Position numbers and translations under genes: made by a program. A stretch of 64,000 bases of DNA from Trichoplax adhaerens (taxonomy: Eukaryota; Animalia; Placozoa), in assembly GCF_000150275.1 (NCBI RefSeq), contig NW_002060976.1, positions 191,626 to 255,625 on the forward strand. Direction: 5' to 3'. Each line of letters begins with the position of its first letter. Position 1 is the first letter of the stretch. The notes below the pieces were generated by a model. The model saw nothing but the letters and a program-made list of their open reading frames with translations. It ran no database searches and was not told where the DNA came from. Shown one piece after another: positions 54,718 through 64,000 of the stretch.

Positions 54718-55356
54718 TTTCTTAAATATTTCTATTGTATTTCTTCAATTTCTTCATCATTTCTTCATCATCTCTTCCAAGCTGCACAGCTTGTTTTTGC
54801 AGTTCTTAATGCTGGTCCCGTTAGCGTACCTCCGTTACCATATTCATCGCCATGGTAGTTGCAACTTCAACAGTACTTTGACGCTACGTCTGTCCTTGAC
54901 TACTTCTTATTACACCAGTCGTTGTTAGCATATCTTACCTAGAAGGCTGTTAAGGATATAACTCGCCATTGAAGCTTAGATATCATTTCCTCTTAGGCTA
55001 GCTAATGCTTTAGTACTGTATTGAGCGCTTGAAGTTAACTAAGCCTTTGCTCATTGCACCTCTTGTTTAACCTCTCTAAATTATCCAATTGCATACCAAT
55101 TCCTTTAGCATTAAGTAATGTTTACGTACCTCTCCTATCATAGTATCCATACTGCCATCCAGCCGTCCTCCAAGCCATCAGTTATTCGAAGGCGAATTGG
55201 AGTGGTGAGAGGAAATCTTGCAGTTGGCAAATCCAAAAGTGCATGTTAAGGGCCTTTAGTTAGCCTTTCCAACATCGATTAAGCTATGCATCACTAACAG
55301 ACTGTGCACTGGTTATTTTATGAGATTATCACCATCAATTCATGATTGAGGAGAAG

Positions 55357-57394
55357 ATGGGTAAGCCTTATCATCGTCGAAATCGAAATATGAAACATCA
55401 TAAAATGCAAGCAGCAACGGCAGAGGACGAGCCAAGCTATCCCGGCGAAGGTTGTATATTGAAATTGAGCTAAATGACCAATTGTGGCGATAAATGATCT
55501 TAATTGTGCATCAATGTTATCCCTGTAGACGTCGTTGATGAAGAAGAATCAGGATGGAATAAATTCCCGTTTCCTTTAGCCATGTGGGTAAGAGCACTGC
55601 AGCGATGATCAGTTCATGCAACTTGCAAATAGCATGTCACCATCTTCTTTTCTATTGCGTTGATATTATGGTGTTGACTGCTGATGCAATACTAACTGTT
55701 AGTCTGAATTGTCAAGATATAGATACGACTCTTTATTGAGTGTAATTATTTCAATTAAGTAACTTGTACTAGATATACTGTAAGTACATAAGAAAAGAGA
55801 CAGTGTTGAAGGCTGTGCAAACTAGGCTAGAGGAAGAGAGTGAACGATGCGTGATTGCTTAGATCTCATCTTGTTACTCGTTGGTAACAACATATCGCTC
55901 GCTATTGATTGAGTTGATTTAGCTGTTGTTCCCTTACTCATTGGGAACTTTTATTCCCTAACGGAATAAATTAAATATAGCCAGATCTAAAGTCTGCTTG
56001 ATTATTTATGACTACATCCCAGCAGTTTGGATAGACTGTTGATGTGAATTCAAATAGAATATTATCATGGATTTAGTATGCATCATAATGGTGCAAGGAG
56101 TTGATACATTACAATTTCATGCACTCTATTTGATTGCATTACATATAGGATTTTCAACATTGTGATCCGAAGAAATGCTCTGGCAGGAAATTAATGCGAT
56201 TAGGCATAGTTCGCCAACTCAAAGTTTCAACGCGTTTTAATGGGATCGTTCTTAGTCCGGATGCATCACGTTATGTTTCACCAGAAGACGCCACTTTGAT
56301 TGAAAAATTTGGTATTGCTGTCATTGACTGCTCGTGGGCCAAATTGCATGAGGTGCCTTTCACCAGGATGCGTTTTAGTAACTCTCGCCTGTTGCCATAC
56401 TTATTAGCGACCAATCCGATTAACTATGGAAGACCTTGTAAGTTGTCCTGTGTTGAAGCTTTCGCAGCGACAATGTATATTGCAGGTAAACGATTAACCA
56501 ACACATGTAATTATTGACAAGGTTGGACAATAGTTTTTGCATGATAGTCTATTAGGAGGATGATGACTTAAGATAGCTTATATTTGGATAGGATTTAAAG
56601 ATTTTGCAGAAAGAGTACTGATGCCCTTCAAGTGGGGGAAAAACTTTATTGTTTTAAACAAGTATGTTGAATGTAATCATTGTTTATTCATCCGCTGCTA
56701 ATGTTGGTAATATTGCATAAGTAACGGTAGTGGAAAGACCTAGACATGGCTATAGCATGGAATTGAATTTTTGTCGTAATATGATAGAGAATTATTAGAA
56801 CAATATGCAAAATGTAAGACAGAAAAGGAGGTAGTCAAAGTACAGGAAAATTATATCCTGCAATGCGAGCAAGAACGCCGAGAACGGAAGAGTATTGGTA
56901 CGTAAATTTCTCAAAAAGGACTTACAGGGTTATTTCAGTTTCCATTCTTTATTAGTAAAGTGTCTTTTGTTGTTACTTTATCCGTAAGCAGAATTGGCTA
57001 TTTATTAAAATAAATACCCTTTTAAACGACAATAGATCCAATGGATATTGACTTGGATAAAGAATTTTGCAATCCTAACAGACCTGAATTAGGAATGCCA
57101 TCAGCGAGGTAGGCAGTAGATTTACATCTTTCTCGATTGTATTCATTTTAAGGTAGCACCCATTCTGTTATAACTGTATGAATCCCTCTTTTAATCTATA
57201 GTTATGAGCAGATGTAACGATCTTAAAATTGAATTATTTAATTGGTGAAATTATTTTTTTGACATAATCTAATTTACATCAGCTCAAGCAGCGATGAAGA
57301 GATCAATGATGTCGCTGAAAAATTGGAAGGTGTTCTAGGCGAAAATTGTAAAAATGATTTGCCTGGTGCCGAAGCATCTGTAAATGAAAGTTAA
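55357..57394 (+). CDS. TSR3: 18S rRNA aminocarboxypropyltransferase TSR3, ~284 aa, 7 exons
   Basis: Exons 55357-55450, 55529-55587, 56149-56485, 56592-56661, 56788-56897, 57036-57108 and 57283-57394 join in phase. Motifs [64 protein letters not shown]; acidic C-tail. Confidence 0.95.
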
Positions 57395-59028
57395 TAATAC
57401 ATAGCATGCTCTTATGTACATGTATATATCTCAAATTAACAAATTGCTTGGCTAGGAACACATTTTATTGTTGATGTAGCATTCAAGTATGGAATCATAC
57501 TATAATGTAAATTTTTTCTACATTAATCAGTCACACAGACTTTGTATTACCATGTCATAAGTGTTTCCAAGTTGATAAATATGTATCCCTGTCAGACTAC
57601 GAAAAAAAATCACTGCTACGATGCTTCTAAAGATCTAAACTTTCAATAGTTTGTCTAAATTTATTTCAATTCTTTCATTATTTTCCTGAATGATTGATTG
57701 ATCTTGCAAAGATATATCATGCGTAGGACATTCATGGTTGAGAGATGAAACTGCCAGTAACGTATTCGAACTTTAACTAGACTAGCAATAAAACAATATC
57801 GAAAGAAGCTATGCTATGACACTTTTATTTATAGTTTTCACGATTACAATGCTTCCTTAATAACACTACCATTCAAGTCGCATGCATACGTCTTCGTATG
57901 ACATTCCGGAAAAAGACTGTCAAAAGTGCTGCTTAATGTCAAGTCTATCAAGTCTCCTATACTTAAATTAATCATTGAAGCTTGATACGGTTTATTTTAT
58001 TAATTCCCATCAGTATACAGAGCACAACGTAAATTTGTAGTATGGTCTGATTTATTATAAGATAATGAAATAAATTGATTATTATATCACTGCAGATGAC
58101 TCAAGATACAATCCATTTTAATATTCCTGTATAATTTCAATTTATGTAATAACTGAATCAACGGAAGTCTTTCAAGCGTACAACACCAATCATATATATT
58201 ATAGTTCATAGCAACCCGTTTGATATATTATGTTAACATTTCAATGATTAATTAGTACAGTATGATATATGCGCTAACAATCATTTTAGTCTATTACAAT
58301 TTTTAGCTCTATTTGAGTCATCTTGATATAACTTTTTAAGTTACTTTAAATTACTGCATCAAATTAAGGTCAATAAATTTAAGCGGCACTTTTGCTACTG
58401 TCAATTGGAATGGAAGGATTATAATCCAGCTGGCTTGAAATGAAAGATATTAATTATTTTATGAACATATTTAGAAGTCATTGAAACAAGAGAAGCTCGC
58501 TATCAAGGTAACCATTTCATTTTAAATTTTAGATAGATCAAGGCAATGCAATAGCCTTATATGGAGGTAGTGACCTTCCAGTCAGCGTATTTTAAAGTGT
58601 TTGTAAAGCATTTACATAGGTCTAACCATTTCAATTTCTCTGCATAATGTATAATATCTATTACATATGTCATAAAAGGGATGGGATATAACGTACAACT
58701 TTATGTGTTTTGGAAAGTAGTGTACAATACAGAAAATTACGGTGTTAACGCTGAGATGGTAATTTTGTAAGTGTACATTCATGCACGCTAATCGCAAATA
58801 GATGAGATACATTATCAATCGATCGTTGAGTAAAAGGCCGCCAAATTAACTGTAGACGAGGAATAAATGTACTGGAAATCTCAGTTTTCATTCTTCTTAG
58901 TGGTATTGCCAATATTGAAATTGAAATACTCGTATGTACTGCACATAATTGCAAGAAGATGCTACTTGAAAGATCATTCGGAGTGTTTATCATATCTTGT
59001 ACCCAGAAACAGCTAGCATCCCAGCCTT

Positions 59029-60766
59029 CTAATCTATTTTCTGCTTCTTAATACTCAAAGAAGCAAAATCAGCTAGTAACTGATTGACATGACTCACCTA
59101 CAATAAATAGATATTTCGACAAAAGCGAAAACAGTCATTTGAAAAAGTATAAATTAAAAATACGATTTTCGTACAGCATCGCGATGTACTGTACTGTATA
59201 TCTTTCTATATTGTACGCCTTTAGTGAGCAACAAATGTGCAGCATTACCTCTTTCGCTGTCGTTGAAATACTAATACGATTCGTGAGCATTTCAAGGTCA
59301 TCTATATCTTTGTCGGTTGCATCTACATTCTTGGAGCTTTTAAGATAGTGCTTGAGCAATTTAACAACCTAAATTGGCGTGAATTCGTAAAGTATTTAGT
59401 GTTGTATTCCATCAACGCAAATAACATTCTATACTCGTACCTCCGTTAATTTTGCCTTTAATCCAGTTATATCGCATGAACAGCTTTCATCTTCATCTAA
59501 TATACGTAAGTGCGATAATGCCAAATGTAGTGGTGTTATACCGTTAAAATCTGTAGCATCCACGCTAGTTCCTGGAATGACATAGCAAAAGCATAAAACT
59601 GATCGTTTTCTTAGAACTACAGTAAAAATAGGTTTCATCAACTTTAGTATTTCATTGATAAAATTTGACCACGAACCTGCGCCCATCAATGTAGTCAGAA
59701 CTTCAATATTACTAGAGCAGGCAGCTGAAATTAACAATAGTGAGTTGTCTACTGTTCTCTTACATTAGTTATCGAAAGTATTTGACTTTAACAATTCCAA
59801 TGGAGTGTATGATTTACCTAAATGTAAAGGTGTATTTCCGTTGCAATCACGTTGATGGACATCTGCCCCATTTTCGATTAATACCTTGACTGTAAATTTC
59901 ATTTACTGTTAATGTAAGTATAGCACACACCGTACGATAGCAGCTTAAGCATAAAATTGAACAATATCTATTTGATAATGTCGTAAAGTTATTAATACTC
60001 GTACTTTGTACTGTTTCAATCAATAATGTAATTTTAAAATGTAACAAGATGATGAGAGCCCCAAATTGGAGTCTATGAGAAACAATTTGATCACGAATAA
60101 CGTATACAGAGTAGTAGTATGGAAGTGATAGCTTTTCAATTTAGCAAACTAGAGTAACAAGAGTAATTAAGTGAACAGATAGCTACGATCTACAAGCTAC
60201 TACTATAATAACACTTCCTCATATTTATATTACACCAATTTCATCAGCTACATGGTATAAACACAAGCATATTCCACCGCAAAGTTAGGATAAGACGATA
60301 CCAATAGGATAGATTGGTTGCAATAGTCTTACCAATGCCATTATGGCCTAAATTGGCAGCGACGTGGAGGGCAGTTCTGCGTTTATCATCAGCCGCTCTC
60401 ACATTAACACCACGATGAATGAGTTGACAAACTACAGTCAAAGACAGACATATCAAGCAATATTTTAAGCAACTTCGGCTGAAAAGACGTTGGATATACT
60501 GCAGTATAATCCAAAGTGACTATTGCTAATTGTACAATTACTTATAGATGGTTATTTACGGTAGGTTATTGCATTCCCTAATTTTAATTTACTCTAAACT
60601 GAACTACAGAACAACTATTCTAGTCTAAGTTGCCCGAGTTTTAACCGCATCATCACTATCTTTACATTGATTTCTATTTCATCGATGATACGATTCAATA
60701 ACGATGCAATCACTTTACCTAGTTGAATATTTCCTTCAGTTGCAGCTCGTATTAGCCTTCTTTCCA
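59029..60766 (-). CDS. ANKRD54: Ankyrin repeat domain-containing protein 54-like (7 conserved 3' exons; 5' exons unresolved)
   Basis: Exons 60766-60719, 60431-60333, 59889-59818, 59724-59677, 59571-59441, 59368-59249 and 59097-59029 join in phase: ERRLIRAATEGN..AADDKRRTALHVAA..QRDCNGNTPLHLAAC..DFNGITPLHLA..and the ANKRD54-type tail DDLEMLTNRISISTTAKEVSHVNQLLADFASLS. Confidence 0.88.
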
Positions 60767-60974
60767 CTGTCAAAGTAAAAATGAATTCATCTGATCATCT
60801 CTACAATATTGACAACATGTCGTTCAACAATTACTCCAGCAGATGGCTCTTTTACAGCCAATTTGAAATTATCTGCAGTAGTAATGGTAATGTACTGAAA
60901 GCTTTGATACTGATTTTGCAGTCATTTTACATCAGCTATACGAGTATGCTCTTAACTCTGTTCTCTATGACTAC

Positions 60975-62760
60975 ATGGGTATCGCTGATTAGGCTGCTAT
61001 TGACAATTTCGACTATTTGTATACGTAGAATAGCAGTCATGATCCATGATCATGACGCCTTTTACTGAATAAAATGATGGTAAGTGGTACTGATTGCTAA
61101 GGTACGAGCTAGACTAAAGCGATATAAACTATCTACTGCACTTTCTATCAATGCTGTTATCTTGACGAGGAATCCTAGTTGTCGCAGATTAGGCTGTTAT
61201 TGACAATTTTGACTATTTGTACTCGTAGAATAGCGTTGATGATACAAGTTCTCGATGTCTTCTACTCGATAAATAGATGTTATATCGTACTGAAAGTAAG
61301 GGTACAAACTACACTAAAGCTTTACAAAATGTCTACGCCATTTCAATCAAGATTTTGATATAGACGAGGAATGATGGGTGTTGACGATCAGGACGTTATT
61401 GACAATTTTGACAACTGCATTTGTACTCAACATGTAGAATAGCATTCATGATACAAGTTCTTGACGCCTTTTGCTATGTCGTACTGATACAAACTGCCTA
61501 CTTCACGTTCTATCAATAATTTGATATCGATGAGGAATGATGGGCTATTTTTGATTAAGACATTATTGACAATTTTGACTATTTGTACACGTAGAATAGT
61601 ATGGATGCTACTAGCTCTTGACCCTTTTGCTATGTCCAACAGATACAATTGTATGTTCCACTTTCTATCCCTACTTTGATATAGACGAGGAATGATGGTA
61701 TCACTGATTAGGACATTATGGACAATTTTTGACTATTTGTATTCGTAGAATAGCATTCCTGATACAAACTCTTGACGCCTTCTACTAGATAAACGGATGC
61801 TATGTCGTCCTCCACTTCCTATCAATACTTTAATATAGACGAGAAATGATGGGTATTGCTGATTAGGACGCGTTATTGACAATTTTGACTACTTGTACTC
61901 GTAGAATGGCGTTTCAGTCATGATAGAAGTGCTTGACATCTTTTACTGGATAAACGAATGCTATATGGTCCTGCTACAAACTTTCGGCTCCACTTGCCAT
62001 CAATACTTTGATATGGACAAAGCGTGATGGGTATCGCTGATTAGGACGTTATTGACAACTTTGACTATTTGTACTGGTAGAATAATGATACAACTGCTTG
62101 ACATCTTTTACAGGATAAAGGAAGGCTATATCGTGCAGATACAAACTCTCTGCTCCACTTGCTATCAATACTTTGAAGTAGACGAGAAATGATGGGTATT
62201 GCTGATTAGGACGCGTTATTGACAATTTTGACAACTTGTACTCGTAGAATGGCGTTACAGTAATGGTTACTAGTGCTTGACATCTTTTACTGGATAAATC
62301 AAAGCTATATCGTCATGCTACAAGCTCTCTGCTCCACTTACTATCAATACTTTGATATGGACGAGAAATGATGGGTATTGCTGATTAGGACCCGTTATTG
62401 ACAATTTTGACTACTTGTACTCATAGAATGGCATTACAGTCATGATACAAGTGCTTGCCATCTTTTACTGCATAAACGAAACCTATATCGCCCTGCTACA
62501 AACTCTCCGCTCCACTTGCTATCGATACTTTGATATAGACGAAGCATGATAGGTATCGCTGATTAGGACATTATTGACAACTTTGACTATTTGTACTCGT
62601 AGAATGGCATGACAGTCATGATACAAGTGCTTGACATCTTTTACTGGATAAATGGATGTTATATCGTAATGATTGATTGTAAAGGTAGGTGATAGAAGAA
62701 AGCAATCCAAACTATTTCCTCCACTTGCAACTTACTATCAATACTTTTATATGGACGTGG
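60975..62760. repeat. Tandem repeat, ~155-200-bp unit x ~10, probably intronic to the ANKRD54-like gene
   Basis: GATGGGTATTGCTGATTAGGACGTTATTGACAATTTTGACTATTTGTACTCGTAGAAT core recurs at ~60976, 61175, 61375, 61540, 61695, 61849, 62027, 62192, 62371 and 62548. Confidence 0.92.
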
Positions 62761-62978
62761 AATCTTGGATCGGCTGGTGACTTTGTACTTCCTCTTATAA
62801 TATCGATCGTGCACTTGAATTTTGGTCAGGACTTCATAAGCCATATCTTCACCACTTGCCAGTTCGTCCATTCTCTATTATTTCAACTCCTCTAATTCCA
62901 ATTCACTTTTCACACCAATAGCATCTACTCCGATAAGTGTTGAACCCTTCAAGATCTTTTCTCCTTGGCTGTAGACGA
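62680..62978 (-). pseudogene. Possible Gypsy/Ginger-type integrase C-terminal remnant
   Basis: Reads ...ELELEELK**RMDELASGEDMAYEVLTKIQVHDRYYKRKYK...KLQVEEIVW, resembling the A..NL...Q...K.YYD.K....F.VGD.VW helix after the integrase core. By-eye similarity only. Confidence 0.35.
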
Positions 62979-63791
62979 TTAATCTACAATCTACTGTAGA
63001 CTGCCTAAGTGCATCTGCAACAATATCAATCGTTTAAATACAATATTATAATTGCCGTTGAAAACTCATGGCTATAACTGTTGTAATAAGCCGATTTTCA
63101 TCTCTCAATTAGCCCTTGCAGACACGATGACAATTAAGGAAATCAACTTGCAATTTTCTACTCCACATCAAGTCCAAAAAATGCCTAAAATACCCCCCAA
63201 AAGTCGCGACCACTGTCTAGGTCTAGGCGAGCACTGTCGCCATTTCCAGCGTTGCTAGGATAGTTGAAAGGATTGTTGCAGCCTAGTAGGCTATTTTTGA
63301 TGACCCGTTCATGAGTGAGCATCGCATACTAATCCTAGTTGATTTATGATCGGCGGTCGTCGATGGTGGAATTTGTCCTTCGTAGGCAATGGAGCTTTAG
63401 CTTAGGCAAGGTTGTGTATAACTAATGTCGCAAATTGCGGCATAATAGCCAGTGTAAGATTTAGAATAGACATGGTTGTATACGACATCTATTTTACTCG
63501 CTATTTTGCGAGCATAATCCTACATGAATTGTAATAAATTTATCATTCCTAATCATTCCAATCCATCAATATGAATGATACAGTAGGTTATTTAGGATTG
63601 ATTGCAGCCATTGCAATCTTTCTAGCGGTTATACCATCATCATGCGGATTTTAAAGTTTTGCGGTCTGCATGCATGAAGACTGTGAGCTATCTAAGTACA
63701 CTACTGACCACCACCCAGTGTTTCGACCACTATACTGTAGCATGGCCTAAACGACAACAGTTTGCAGGAAGCTGGATAACCTTAAGGTCAA

Positions 63792-63992
63792 CTACCCAAT
63801 CATGACTACTGCCCCTGGTAGATGGCAAGGGAGTAGAGGTTGGATTGCCATTTCAATATGGCGTTTCAGCATCGCTGAAATCATTTGCAAATTTGCAAAC
63901 TTTCTCCCAACTTTTAACTTATTATTGGCAGCCATTGCATCGATGAAAGATGGAGTTTCATTCTCGACGTTCTCCAGATTATCTGTCGCCAT
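63792..63992 (-). CDS. Candidate first coding exon of the ANKRD54-like gene
   Basis: ATG in strong context (CCATGG), natural-looking acidic N-terminus MATDNLENVENETPSF, correct strand and position; splice path to the 60766 exon not resolved. Confidence 0.45.
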   Translation of the reverse strand: MATDNLENVENETPSFIDAMAANNKLKVGRKFANLQMISAMLKRHIEMAIQPLLPCHLPGAVVMIG

Positions 63993-64000
63993 GGATGTGT

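Noticed and set aside
58612-58993. Two minus-strand ORFs just after the ANKRD54-like stop
   Set aside because: No recognisable domain; most likely 3'UTR or intergenic.
60975-62760. Regularly recurring ~55-bp core resembling a CRISPR array
   Set aside because: The intervening sequences are homologous to each other rather than unique spacers, the context is eukaryotic, and there are no cas genes.

Overview
AT-rich eukaryotic (animal) genomic DNA with short GT-AG introns and one 50-N assembly gap. Base composition, intron size and the intronless GPCR cluster are reminiscent of a placozoan (Trichoplax-like) genome; this is an inference, not verified. The first ~48 kb is gene-poor. It holds three intronless paralogous rhodopsin-family GPCR genes on + about 15 kb apart, among LTR-retrotransposon debris: six solo LTRs of three families with 5-bp TSDs, a 3' LTR with PPT and RNase H remnant, and an LTR with PBS and gag remnant. 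The last ~15 kb is gene-dense: a 7-exon, ~495-aa PIF/Harbinger-transposase-derived gene (-), TSR3 (+, 7 exons) and an ANKRD54-like gene (-), plus two of the window's three long-unit tandem repeat arrays (the third is at ~37 kb). Top finding: the Harbinger-derived gene is intact and spliced but has lost two of three catalytic DDE residues, so it is a candidate domesticated transposase. Second finding: a Gypsy remnant whose pol ends at RNase H just before the PPT, suggesting Gmr1-like domain order. All exon models were assembled by hand from splice sites and reading-frame phase.
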